Assembly: GCA_012026655.1 (NCBI GenBank)
Contig: JAAILG010000524.1
Span: forward strand, 1-64,000
Direction of reading: 5' to 3'
Source: Hydrolagus affinis
Taxonomy: Eukaryota
DNA: 64,000 bases
The translations under genes and the position numbers were made by a program. Below are positions 1-12,240 of this stretch, in pieces. The notes beneath the pieces are model-generated. The model was not told the origin of the DNA, did not search any database, and worked only from the letters and a program-made list of their open reading frames with translations. Position 1 is the stretch's first letter. The number at the start of each line of letters is the position of its first letter.

Positions 1-1431
1 GCAGGTAACACACAGCACACCACTACTCTGATTGTGAATTAGCTTTTGGCACAGGAGGCTTTGTGATACATGGGGTGCTTCTTTGCAGTCCATAATGGGA
101 GTGAAATCTCAGGATGATAGCATCCCAATCCGGGCGAGATCTGGCAGCACTCTCCTGAGATGGCCGGCTGCCAAGCTGAAGGGTTACAAATTGTGTGGCC
201 TTGCCCTGAACCGCCGTAAACTTTAACAGACCTTGTGGAGGTTAACCAGGCTGCTCCCTGTACCTGATGTGCTGTGACGAGCAGCACTGATTTGTGGATG
301 GCTGCAGACAAACAGCAGCAGAGACACAACAGTTAAATACACAACGAAAAGAAAACTCCAACTCCTGCAAAATGGCCCGTTGAGTAAAATGATCTCAAAC
401 TGACCTTTTTTTGGAGCTACGGAGCTCCTCTTACAAATAAGTGAGTGATCAGGCATCACATAATGAACCATCACACGTCAGCCCTGTTAGGATCTTAGCA
501 GAGCTGTTGCTCTTATGATGCTATGAGGTGAGGTGCATCGGGCTGTGTATTCATTTTCGTTCGCTTCGTTGTTTTCATTGCACTTTTTTTCCCTGAAAAG
601 TTCACTATTTGTGGGCAGCGAGAATTGCGCATTTAATTGTTTTTGATTTTTAAGAAATATTTTTCAACACGAAAGTGCCCCGTTGTTAAATCAATTTACA
701 TTTCACAGAGATCCTTCCAACAGGCTCCCAGAAAAGAATCAAACGTCAAATCCGTTGCTGAACAGCAGTCCGTCACAGGAAAACACAATCTTATTTTACA
801 GGCAATCCAAACAGTTGTTCAAAACCAATGTGAACTAATGCCCTTTAACTATTCTCAAATTAGGGAAGTAAGAGAACAACATTTGCATTCAACAACCAAG
901 AGATGGAATTGTCAACACACACACACACACAGCCCATATGTTTCTACATATTCCTCTACGCACACATATGCAGGATGTCAAATGTCCTCTTTTGGAACTG
1001 ACATCAATTATGTTATGTATCAGAGGAGATGTCACATGTACTTTCATTTGTTCCTTCAATTGAGTTCTATTATAATAAGTAGGGCAAGTGAAGGTCAACT
1101 GACTGGTAGTGTCTCAAAAAGCAATTGGTTTTTTATGACACATTCCCACACACGCTTGCGGGAACAAAGACGAGAAGCTTGAGAGGGCAGTAAAGTTGTT
1201 TAACTCCCCCAGGCAGAACGATGTTTGCATGCATACGCCTGCTTTTCTGTATTCAACCGAACCAACACCAACAACTCAATGTATCTATCTCTTCCCAGAA
1301 AGGAACAACAAATTCAGAAGTAACAAGGACCAAATATTTACCCAGTAGAACACAAAGACACTGGTGATCAAGATTCAGTTTACATCTCTCAGGTCCTATA
1401 TTGTATGTCCGGGATCCACCTGTGTTGCCCT

Positions 1432-1710
1432 AATCGGATAGCACAGTGGTTAGAGCATTCACCTTACAAGTGAGGGAACTTGGTTCAATTCCAGGCATGG
1501 TGAAATCTTGGGTAAGTTTCCTTACTCCACACACCTAATAACAATCCCTCAAAAAAAGCAATAATAAATTGGTCATTTCAATCCATGACCGTTTGTGGGA
1601 AACTGCTGTGTGAAATTGGCTGCCATGTTTCACTCACATACATACAGTCCATTCACTTTACAGTATATTCTGTGAAGCGCTCTGAGATCGCTAGAAGAGG
1701 ATTATTATTA
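1432..1710 (+). mobile_element. tRNA-derived SINE, young family, near full length (small deletion in tail)
   Basis: A-box-like TAGCACAGTGG, B-box-like GGTTCAATTCC, shared body (ttggtcatttcaatccatgac...gctgtgtgaaattggctgcc), tail ctgtgaagcgc...ggattattatt; matches copies at 10138, 22120, 32710, 58992. Confidence 0.9.
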
Positions 1711-1885
1711 GTATTATTGCTATTATTTCCGTGCTTATTTGTAATTTCTAAGAATTGCTCAGAAGCTTTAACAGATGGTCACCTGGTTACAGCATCAAGT
1801 GCTGTTTGTTTGCCTCAGATTTAAGAAAGGTGGCACTGGGCTTTTTCACAAGTACAAATGTATTTTGTTGTTGTTGTCAGATGTT

Positions 1886-2118
1886 AGCCTGTCTCAGCTT
1901 GATAGCACTCTTGCCTGAGTCAAAATGTTGTGGATTCAAGCTCCACACTTTAAGCCGGTCTTCCAATGCAGTGCTTGGGGAGAGCACCCTCGGAGGTGTT
2001 GTCTGTTGTATGAGATGTTAAACCGAGGTCCCATTCTTCCTGTTCAGGTGGACATTAGAGATCCCACGGCACTTTTTGAAAGAGAAGGGAGTTTCACCAA
2101 GTCTCATAGTCCTGGCAT
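1886..2118 (+). mobile_element. DeuSINE (SacSINE1/AmnSINE1-like), 5' half
   Basis: Degenerate tRNA head, then ggaggtgttgtctgttgtatgagatgttaaaccgaggtccc...caggtggacattagagatcccacggcac, resembling the Deu domain as I recall it. Confidence 0.75.
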
Positions 2119-3059
2119 TTGATAAAATAACTGTGACGTCAAACTTTCTCGAAGCGAATGTCAAACAATCTCAACAGGGGAAAAGTGTAGTGATCATGTA
2201 GTCAGGCGCAACGGTGAAAAAATAATTTTAGGAAGAAGAATATAAAAATTAGACAGAGTGGTTTGGAGGAGGTCAGGCTTGCGATTTGAAAGGTTTCAGA
2301 TAGTAGGAAGGAAAGAAAGCCGAAGAACATAAGTATCGCCAGGGTGCTGAGGGACAATTAAGGTTGTGAAATACTAGATTCAAGTCTTTATCTTCCAATC
2401 CAGCACTGCAGAGCAATGATGTAATGAGATGGACAAGGTTTGGGTTAACTCTTTCTGCAATGACCTACTCTGAAATTGTCCTCTGTGGTGTGTTCATTTC
2501 AATTAACATACCAACTCCATTTGTGGCTTGAGCTTTCATCACATGGCCACAATGGACAAGACAATGTTCACTGTGAATTAATAATCCAGGGTAGTATTTG
2601 TTGAACCTACTTTGAATTGTTACCAGTTTAAAAACCAACAATAATGGAGTCTAATTGTTGGTCCCTGGATCGGAACATGCGGAAATGCTGTCGGAAGCTT
2701 GAGACAGTAATGGGAAGGTACCCCGTGCATTCACCAGCGACTGACAAGACAGGCTCGCCAAGTCATGACCTTTATAAGCCAATTAAATGGATGGCTGTCT
2801 TCCTACTGAAAGTCTTCATTAACAAGGCTTAAAGAGCGACACCTTCACATCACCACTAATGTCTTCTTTGATAAAACAGGCGGAATCCTAAACCCATTAT
2901 AGGTCTAAGTGCTGCTTTTTATGTCTAAACAGACCAGCATTTCCTGCCTCTGCTAATCACCATTTCAGTGAATGAATCTCTAAAGCTGTTAATCTGTAGT
3001 CTGGAGCAACAACCTTTTCTGTTAATAGGTTAGTCTTGTATTTTTGCATCACACAGAAC

Positions 3060-3345
3060 GCCAGAGAGGTTGCAATTGGAACGCTGGGCACAGTTTCATC
3101 TTCAAAAGTATGTTGACACATTGGACTGGTAGTGGGCTTCAGAAAGGAGTGACCGGAGTGGTTTCAGCACTTAGAGGTTGAAGTTCTGAGGAAGGAGCTG
3201 ATTTACTTTAATTTGGAAGAAGAAGGTTAAGTGGGAGGGGAGCAAGATCCAGCTCTTTTAACATGATGAGAAGTGAGGTAATGTGCGTGGAGAAGTTGCT
3301 GACTTAGACAAGAGAGCAGACAAAAGCATGGCCTGAAGCCTGAGA
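3060..3345 (+). mobile_element. Degenerate CR1 LINE ORF2 3' fragment
   Basis: Frameshifted remnants resembling the CR1 C-terminus (KKDIDTLE.VQRRATRMV..LRGLSYEERL...LEKRRLRG), e.g. aaaagtatgttgacacattgga, cagaaaggagtgaccgga, ttggaagaagaaggttaagtggg. Confidence 0.6.
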
Positions 3346-4418
3346 AATCATTATCATTGCATGCTTTCCTATATCATTCCATTGCCTGATATGGGAAATA
3401 AAATGAAAAGTTAAGTCAAGCAAAATCATTCAACAATGTAGAGCTGCTCCCATGCAATATATGGTATGCAAATGCTGACAATTTGCTCCCGATTTATTAT
3501 CGTGTGGATTGCGCATATCAGCTTGTCTCAGTATTTATGAGCTGTAACCTGTGTGCATTGTATCAACATAATGGCAAAGGAGACGGTGACTGAGAGCAGA
3601 AACAACAGTATTAATGATGAAGTGCTGTATTAATAAATCAACATTAGAAAATCATTGACATTGAATAATTGAAAATGACTGCGCCTGCGCAAATACTGTT
3701 TCTGCTCTGCTTTCGTACGGCACCGCTTTCATGCAGTGCAAATGGGGTGTGTCGTGGTTCACAGTGAGTCCAAAAGAGGGTGGAGATAATTAACAACCCT
3801 TGAGTTCAATATACAAGCTTCTCACGTCGTCGAGATTTTACAATAAGGGCTCACAGGATATCTATGAAGTGAAGGTACTGTGTTTTGTGAGTTGGATCCA
3901 ATCTGCAGAATTTCTTAATGGAAAAGTCACTTGAATTCCTGGTGATCCACTGGAATTGTGGGTCATTTGAATGATGTTGATTTCTTCTTAAGAAATCCTC
4001 ATTAGAATGATTACAATTGGACCAAAATGAAAGCATTTTTATATTAAAAAATACACAAGATTTTCAATGACTTGAAGGCCAACTTTCCAGCCGCTTAGTA
4101 TCATAAATGCAGGAAATCCTTGAGGTGTTTGTGAGTGTCAAAGCATGGGAAAGCTTGATGTGGTATCACTCCAAGCAGTGATAACAATCAGTTGCCTGTT
4201 TTAGCTATTAATCTGAAACTTTTCCTTATTTCAAGAACACAAAGGTTGACAGCTTAAAATGCTCATAGCCGTGTATGAATAATATTTAAATACTGACAAA
4301 AGGAAATTGGAGACATGACGAATGACAGCCCAAATCTCTGTGAGGGATCAGGATCAGTTGACTTCTCAAACACTCTTAACCGTACTTCAATCAAGTGAGT
4401 TGCCTTAGCTCCAGATAC

Positions 4419-4852
4419 GCGTGTCAGCCTTGCTCAGGTGGTACCCCTCTCACCTCCGAGATAGTGAGTTGTGGTTTCAAGTCCCATGTCAGGGCTTTAA
4501 ACTCATTTGGTCTAGGTAGCTGCTGTAATCCAGTGCTGGGGGTGTACTGTATTGTTGGAGCCCCATCTATCTTTCAGATGAAATATTCCATCAAGGTCCC
4601 ATTTTCTGTTTACGTGGATGTTAAAGATCCCATGGCACGCATCAAAAAGAGGAGGGAGTTTCCCCTCAATATCCTGCCAACGATCGCCCGGATAAAATTG
4701 ATCATTCACTTCGTGGTGGTTTGTGGAAATTGACTGCTGTGTTTGTTTTCCTTAAAGTCACACAGTCGCAATACTTTACAGTCAACCCTGTGAAGCACTT
4801 TGAGAGGCGTCCTTCCAAAATAGAAGGTACTATATTAAATGTAAGGATAATT
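4419..4852 (+). mobile_element. DeuSINE, near full length, old
   Basis: tRNA-like head (gtcagccttgctcaggtggta...ggtttcaagtccca), Deu domain (tctttcagatgaaat...gtggatgttaaagatcccatggcac), L2-type tail (ctgtgaagcactttgagag...taaatgtaaggat). Confidence 0.8.
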
Positions 4853-5892
4853 TCTTGATTCTTATTATTTTTGCTTGTGGAAATAAGATCATGCAACTGT
4901 ATCCTAACTTCCCATCAGAGGCTGAGACTCAGCGGTAAGGCCCAACTACACCTTAGTATCCTGCGTCATACCAAAAACAGATGCAGTCATTCAAATGAAT
5001 AATTACTTGAAATCACCTTACACCACCAGAGTGGCCTGGTTTCAATCTCTGGGATTTTTCCCCCCCATCTATTTTGAAAAATAAACGAGGAAGGATACTA
5101 TATTATTTTATTTTCCAGTGAATTGCGTGGCACTTTGGCACATTTTACATCCATCACTGTCATGGCCTCCCATTAATAAATGTGGCCCGAGGGCTACTCC
5201 CACTTAAGATTTTATTTTCTCTCTGGCATAGAGAGAAATCACCCCCAATGAGCTCTGCCTTCCTCTTCGCAGCCCTCGGCCCACAACAATATGATTAATC
5301 GGCAGATTAGTTGAGCAATCACAGTACACTTTTATGTTGTTTCCACAATTAGCGTGATGTTTGATGTTTCAGTCCCATCCAAGTTCAATTTCAGGTATTT
5401 AAGCTTGACAGACTACACACCGGATATGTAGTTAGCTAACCAGAGGCAAAACGCACAATCTGTTCATCAGAAAAGCACAGCTAGTGGCGTTGAAAGAATT
5501 CTGCGAGCATTTTTTCTGTGAACGAACAGATGGCCCAGTCCTGTCCCAGTGTTGATATGGGTGACTGCAGTCACAGCAGCTGATTAGCTCTACAGGTATT
5601 TTTCAGACATCCAAAGTGCCACATAAATCAGGAACGCTCTACAGGAACGGACGGGAACAGTGCCCAACCCCAGTGATTCCTTCCGCCTTTCTAGTTTGAC
5701 ACTTCAAAATTGTTAAGAGATGATCCGAGCACTGAGGTTTATCAAGAGCTTTTTCCTGTGACCATGGATTCTAAAACTGATGCAACATTTCATTTGTCCA
5801 ATAGATTTCATCTTGTTCTCTGCCCCGTTTTGTCCTGTGACAATTGCTGCAACAGTTCAAAACGATCAGTGACCCAAACTAAATAGAGTGTC

Positions 5893-6013
5893 TCACAGCA
5901 ACGTCCTACAAACAGCTGGGAGTTGAATAACCAATTTTATCTGGGGCACTGTTGACGAGGACATTGGTAGAAACTCCCTTCTCTTTTTGAATTCTTCCAT
6001 AAGACCTTTAACA
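5893..6013 (-). mobile_element. DeuSINE internal fragment
   Basis: Reverse complement matches the 4620-4730 part of the DeuSINE (aaaagagaagggagtttc...gataaaattgg...gctgtttgtaggac). Confidence 0.65.
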
Positions 6014-6090
6014 ACAGTATATTCTGTGAAGAGCTTTGAGACGCCTAGAAGACATGAAAAACGCTATATCAAATGCAAGGATTATTATTA
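6014..6090 (+). mobile_element. SINE 3' tail only
   Basis: cagtatattctgtgaagagctttgagacgcctagaagacatgaaaaacgctatatcaaatgcaaggattattatt. Confidence 0.85.
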
Positions 6091-6138
6091 TATAGGTAGA
6101 GTGCCTTTCACATCAAGAGGACATCCCAAAGCGCTGGG
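6091..6138 (-). mobile_element. L2 3' tail fragment, tail-to-tail with the preceding SINE
   Basis: Reverse complement cagcgctttgggatgtcctcttgatgtgaaaggcactcta. Confidence 0.7.
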
Positions 6139-7085
6139 ATAGCACCCGTGGACAGGACACAGTTTATGTCCAAAGGATTGCACTAGTGTCAATCTAGACT
6201 GTGAGCTCAAAGTCTTGATTAGGATTTCAACCCTTCTCCAAAGAAACATTCTAAAACTAAAGCAACAGTAAGTCCATAGGCTTTGCAAAGCACCCTCTGA
6301 CCCACGATCAATCTCCAAACTGCATGATTCTTACAGAGATGGATCAATGCTGTTACCAAGCCATTTAGTTTTGCCTTGGACTGACACTGTGCACAGCTGC
6401 CTGTTACCTAACACGCTGTCAGTGAGATTCAGTGCACAGGGAGATATCTATACCAAGACCCAGGCCACTAAGAGGAGAGTTGTGGAAAGCAAGTCATTTA
6501 AACAGTACATACCGAGAACTTGCCTGAAATTGAGTAAACATCTGAAAGTAAAGCCTCATATTCTTTTAAAACAGCAGTAAAAGTACCAGCTGGAAGGCAA
6601 ATGCTCAGATACTCTCAAGCAAATCACCATCAAGAGGCCAGCGTTCAAAGACAATCACTGGATCGACAGCAACGCAGGCGGAATTGAGCAACAATTACAC
6701 TTTACACTACTCACTGGCAAGATTTAGGGCAGAGAGCGTTTCTGAGGAGACAAAAAGCTACGGTGAACCGAATGCCATTGGTTTAAGATTCATTGGCAAA
6801 TGAATCTGCTGCACATTGTTCCGATATCTCAACCAAGGACAGTCTTGAAAGAAACGTGAATAATTCGCAGTCACACTGTAATCTGTTCTCAGTTTCACAA
6901 TTGTATTTGCTTGTCAGTAAACTGAGTTAATTAGGATTTCTAATTTGGGAGTAACAATGAAAATTGCTACACTAAATATCTTAAGTGTTCTCATAATAAC
7001 TTTAAATACTGTCAGAGGAAAACCTTCAAATAGTAGAAATATTGGCAGGTACATAACGTGAGAACGCTATGTTATCAGTAAAAAA

Positions 7086-7328
7086 ATAATAATCCTTGCA
7101 TTTGATATAGTGCCTTACAAAGTCATTCAGACATCTCAAAGCTCTTTGCAGGATATACTGCAATGTACAGTGACTGTTTATTTTTGTGGGTAAAATGTGG
7201 CAGACAGTTGCACACTGCAATGTCCCACAAACAACCTTGGAGTATTTTATTTGGGGATATTGTTAACCAGGACGCCGGGAGAAACCTCTTCCTCTTTTAC
7301 CAGTAATGCCACGGGATCTTTAACATCC
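7086..7328 (-). mobile_element. DeuSINE 3' half
   Basis: Reverse complement has gatgttaaagatcccgtggcatt...tgtttgtgggacattgc...atcaaatgcaaggattattatt. Confidence 0.8.
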
Positions 7329-7621
7329 TCCCGATCAAGCAGACTAGAATGCAGCGAGCAGCAGGTAGCTGGTAATTGCTTTGAAAAATCAGCTGCTTAT
7401 TAATCACAAAAGCTGGTGTAGCGTGTAGAATAAAGACCACAAGGCAGTCTGCAGACCCCAGTGGTCACTGCTACCCACCATGACAGACAGGATCCACTTG
7501 GGGGGAAAAAAACCTTTCAATCGGTTTAATTCTAAAGAATGATTGCCCCCCAATCTGGGTAATAAAACGTTTGGCAGCAATTCAGACCGTAGAGTAGATA
7601 GTGGCAACAATATAATATGCC

Positions 7622-7637
7622 CCAGCAGATGTCACTG
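7622..7637 (+). promoter_or_regulatory. Candidate CTCF site
   Basis: CCAGCAGATGTCACTG, one mismatch to the core CCASYAGRKGGCRS; motif match only. Confidence 0.35.
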
Positions 7638-8377
7638 CACTCAGCTCTCCACTCCCTGTTCCAGACTGTCTTACCACTAGCACTTTGATGTACAAACAGT
7701 AGATTTCATCTGTCTTAAACAGAATTGATAGTTACATTGTCATTGGAATTGAGACCATACTTTTTTATTTTAAAAAAATTGATATCGGAGTCTGCTTGGG
7801 TACCATCACACATAATGATAATAATAATCCTTACAATTGGTACAGTGCCTTTCACATCTTGAGGACTGGATGGATAAACCCATCATTTACAGTGTGCTCA
7901 TTCGCAGTACTAAATATCACAGACTGTAGGTTAGAGATTTGCTCAGGAATTATGCTTGGGGTCATAATTAAGCATTTCAGATCATATGGGGACAGGGCCA
8001 CGGTGACTGGCCTTTCCACCTTTGAGATCTCTTGTTGACAGCCAATAATACCTCGAAACGAGATGGTCTTATTCCATCGTAATCCAGCTCCCAGATGCCA
8101 TAGATATAAACCAGGAAATTACACACAGATTCTGCACTAACAACTCCCTAATTTACAGTGAGTTAGAGCAACCAGGAGAGAATAGGAAAGTCACACTGAT
8201 TCATTAGGCTGGGATTACGGTGATTTGTCATTGGATATAACAAGTGTTGGATTCTCTCAACTAATATAAGTGTGGGTGTTGCCCTCGCCCGAAGAAACTG
8301 GAACAAAATCCCATTAGTCTGGAGTGTCATTGGCCATCATAATAACTGCATGTATTTCCAAAACTCTTGCCATACCA

Positions 8378-8516
8378 GTGACTCTCGCTGTCCACAAACT
8401 GGCTGCTGTGTTGGCCTACAAATGCTGCACTTTTCAGTCACTTCTGTGCAATGCTGTGAGATGTCCTTTTATAGTGAAAAACGCTATATCAAATGTAAGG
8501 ATGACTATTTATTATC
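8378..8516 (+). mobile_element. Degenerate SINE 3' part
   Basis: gctgtccacaaactggctgctgtgttggcctacaaat...aacgctatatcaaatgtaaggat. Confidence 0.7.
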
Positions 8517-8659
8517 ACTAACGTCACTTCGAAAATAGTCTGATCTACTCATAGAACAAAGGCTGTTCTGCTATTAGAAAGCTGCTGGAATTTTAGACGA
8601 AGATTTGTTATGCATAAACATTTTTCGACATTATAACTGTTGAGTTAAGATTCTCTGGG

Positions 8660-8835
8660 ATAATACAACATCTTTTATTGATATAGCAACCTTCACATAG
8701 GGTAATCTCAGAGCTCTCAGAAAGACAAAGTTGGAAAGGGGAAAGGGGAAGGTAATCGTACATACTCTGGGAGAGATAGGAATTATGGCGAGAAAGATAA
8801 AGAGTCGGGTGAAATAGAGAGGTAGAGGGAAGGAG
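8660..8835 (-). mobile_element. Old L2 3' end
   Basis: tattgatatagcaaccttcacatagg...ctcagagctct followed by a purine-rich tract, as in other minus-strand L2 ends here. Confidence 0.45.
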
Positions 8836-9109
8836 TTTCACCTTCACAAGCAAAGAAATGTTTCCATTCTCACTTCTCCTCCTCATTGACTTTCTTAAAC
8901 TACAATTGAACACTGGCTTCTTCATCCTTGCCACAAAGCTCAATTATGGATTTTTGCATGTTGATGTTTTATTCAATTGCAAGTGTTATGAGCTAAATGT
9001 GTTAGATTACAGCAACCCTTCAGCCTGGTCTCCGTGTATATCAATTCTAGGGTCTCCCAAACAGAGATTCCAAAGTGTATTTTATGGGCGATACATACAT
9101 AGTTATTTT

Positions 9110-9256
9110 TATTTATTTTTGAAAGGGATTATTACTCCCAGATAGCAATTTGCCAACTGGATTCCTACTTACTGCTGGGTAAACAAAGGTGTGCGGAGTA
9201 TGGAATTTGCGTAAGGTTTCACCCTGACGGGAATCGAACCTGGGTCCTCTCACTGT
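9110..9256 (-). mobile_element. tRNA-SINE, older long subfamily, 5' part
   Basis: Reverse complement: B box ggttcgattccc, then gaaacctt...actccgcacacctttgtttacccagcagtaagtagg...taataatccct. Confidence 0.7.
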
Positions 9257-10084
9257 CTGCAACGTGCCTCGAATTTGCCTCAAGTGAATTCATGCCTAGC
9301 TTGAAAACAGTGCTGAGTTCTGAATGTGTAGGAGACTCATGAAACTATATCTCAAGAACTAAGGCAGGAATAACCACTTTGGTCTTCCTTCAAAGTCTTC
9401 AGGAAAAAAAACTCAGAACAGTAGGTGTTTTACAGCTCTGTGGTCCAAACAAATGGTTCAAGGTTAATGAAAGTTTTGATTTGTTTAAACCATTTTGCTC
9501 CACTTTGCATTTGTTCATTATGGATGTCTGCTCCACACGACTCCAATTCACTTCAGCCTCATTTATATCAGTACCTGGAGATGCTCCAGGAACCGTGAGC
9601 TGGCTGCTTACAGTCCCACTCACACCAGGACAGCTCTGATTAAAAATTACACGTCTGCCAAGCCATCGCCATTTACAGCTTGATTTCCACTGTGCTGCAT
9701 AGATACAGTACATCATGATATGAATAAAGGTTTGGTGGACGAATTTACACTGGAACTGCACAAAATAAACAGTGCGAGTCCCAAACCGCATCCCTGTTTC
9801 CCACAACTGTATGAACCTTAGGACCAGCTTTTCACCAGATCCATTTATTTCTAAATAACTGTAACAAGGCCCATTGAAATTGATCCAGGTTTATACTAAA
9901 TGTGAGCAAACAGAATGGCTACAATCTCAATCGGAGTTCGCCATTTACATATTTCAACAGCTGTGGGAACTGGTGTACGTTTCACTCCATAATGATTGTA
10001 CAGCATCATCCACCTTCTCTGGGGAACGTGAGGAAATGTCAAAAGTTACGGACAATCATCCCTAACAAGACTTTCTCTCTTCTC

Positions 10085-10730
10085 TAAGGCCTAGAGGGTA
10101 AAGATACTAGCATCCTTAGCTACACAAACCAGAGATGATAATAATAATGATCCTTGAATTTGATACAGCACTTTTCACGTCTTCTGGATGTCTCAAAGCG
10201 GTTCACAGAATATACTGTAAAGTGAATTGACTGTGTATTTGTGGGTGAAACGTGGCAACCAATTGCGCACAGCCGTGCCCCACAAACAGTCGTGGATTGA
10301 AATGACCAGTTGTATTATTGAGTTTTTTTTGGGGGGGATTATTATTAGGCATGTGGAGTAAGGAAACTTGCTCTGGATTCGAACACAGGTCTCAAGCTTG
10401 TAAGACGAGTGCTCTAACCACTGAGCTACAGGACTCCATCCTAGTTTTGATTTGCTGAGTTTGCCAATTTCAGCCAGAGAAGCAGTTGGAGGCAATGCAA
10501 CTGGCCTCAGTGTTCCTCAGACAAGAGGAGAGTTAAAAACAACAGCCTGAAATTGCCTCAGGAAGGAGCTTGTCGAGATTTGGTGTGGACAGGATCGGGC
10601 TTGGCTGTGATGTCCCCATGGTTAAACAGCCTTCCAGGACATAACATCAAACTTAAACATGATAATAGCCAGAAACATACACAAACATACTCCAGCTGGT
10701 GAAAAAATATCCCAAACCTTCAGGGGGTAA
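10085..10730 (+). mobile_element. Ancient SINE of a second family, interrupted by a young SINE
   Basis: gctgagtttgccaatttcagccag...aactggcctcagtg...gacaggatcgggcttggctgtgatgtcccc; related sequence at 17548-17700; putative head lies upstream of the insertion. Confidence 0.55.
10138..10437 (-). mobile_element. tRNA-derived SINE, young family, full length
   Basis: Reverse complement ggagtcctgtagctcagtggttagagcac...gttcgaatcc, body, tail ...atcaaattcaaggatcattattatt. Confidence 0.93.
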
Positions 10731-11590
10731 GCTGAAGCCAAAAAAGCGGGTCTGTTATTCAACACAATAGACTCCCTTTATTGGCCATTCGCTTCACAGC
10801 GGCTTGTTGGACTTTGCTATACATAAATTGGTTGCTGTGTTCGCCTAAACAATGTACAGCCACTCCACTTCAGAGTATCTAATAAAAATAATCCTTGCCT
10901 TGAAGCATTTTCATACGTCCCCGTCCCCCCAGAATTGAAACGCGCTGTGCAAAATGTCACGATGCTCATCAATAAATACAGTCAATGTTGCGATTTCTGC
11001 AGGAAGGTTTTGGTAGCTTAACGCTGGACTATTTCTACTTCAGAGCAACTCGAAAAGTAATTGTTAAATGCAAACCTCGGGACTAAAGTTTGCAGGCAAT
11101 TACATCCTAATCTCCAGTGTGTCAATGAGGCAGGGTCTCATGGTTAATGCCCAGCACACGCTGTCAATCATATTTCATAAGAAAGAGTCACCAAAGGTCA
11201 ATATCAGTCAATTCGGAGTTCAACACCCAAGCCTTGCTTTGAAAAATTGGTTGCGAGACATCCATTGCGAGGGGAAGCTGCTTTTTATTCTAATGTGTTC
11301 ATTATGAACAAAGCGAGAACACAGAATTAAAATTCAGAACACAAAATATTCAAAGATTATACAAATTGTGGCACATATTGGTCTATCTCCCAGGACTGAA
11401 TTTGCATAATACTTTTATTTTTTGTTCCTCTGCACTCTCTTGCAAACTGTCTGCCACATCCCCCAGAAGGTTAGCGATAGAAGAAACAAAGGGCTTGAGA
11501 AGTGCTGTCTTCAGACTTTTACTCTTCAGGCAACACTTTTGATGACTGCAAATTATGCCTCTATGGGGATTAGAAAATGTCAATTTGTTT

Positions 11591-11604
11591 TGTGTATGTG
11601 TGTG

Positions 11605-11635
<31 letters not shown>
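11591..11635. repeat. (TG)n microsatellite
   Basis: Directly visible. Confidence 0.9.
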
Positions 11636-11637
<2 letters not shown>

Positions 11638-11989
11638 GAGCACTTCAGAGGGTGAGATGTGATGAGAAAACTTGAAAACAAGGCAAAAACGCAGCGAGCA
11701 GCCTAGCTAGCACTATTACAGAGGGTTAACTAAATCAAGCACTGCCATTCAGGTCTTGTTGCAGTCTGTAACTCGCATGTTTACCCACACCAATCAGGTA
11801 AGAGACCTTGAAAGTATGTATACAAACAGGAATCATGTCAGATCTGGTGCTAAGCTGAAATGGTGTCCTCACATCTTCTCTCTGTTGCAACAATCATTAA
11901 TTGGCTGTACTCAGTTATTCAGCTTGTGAATTGAGGGCAAATTCAACAGCGCTCAGTGAATTTCAGCAGTTTGGAAAATACAATCAAAA

Positions 11990-12240
11990 TGCCCATTCGT
12001 AAAGCATTTGCTGAAATCCTCGCTTATTTACATCTTCAAATCTCTCCAAGGTCTCACATCAATCCATCGATACAATCGTAAACAAGCCTCTATTTCACCC
12101 ATGCCTTCTGCTCTTCCTACTCTGGTCTATTGTTTCCTCCCCCACTTCCTTGGTGCCATTGTCAACAATCTTTCAGCCACCATGTCCCTGTCTTCTGAAA
12201 CTCTGTTCCAAACCCACTTTTGTACATAGGCTTTTGGGTG
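11990..12240 (+). mobile_element. Degenerate L2 ORF2 3' fragment
   Basis: aaatcctcgcttatttacatcttcaaatctctccaaggtctc (K.L...FKSL.GL) and aaaactctgttccaaacccacttttgtacataggcttttgg (KTL.KTHLF..AF-like). Confidence 0.55.

Noticed and set aside
637-1182. Longest ORF (181 aa)
   Set aside because: Non-ATG start, runs through a (CA)n tract, no recognisable domain.
6138-6157. REST/NRSE site (agcacc-cgt-ggacag)
   Set aside because: Half-site spacing is 3 rather than the canonical 2, and it abuts an L2 tail.
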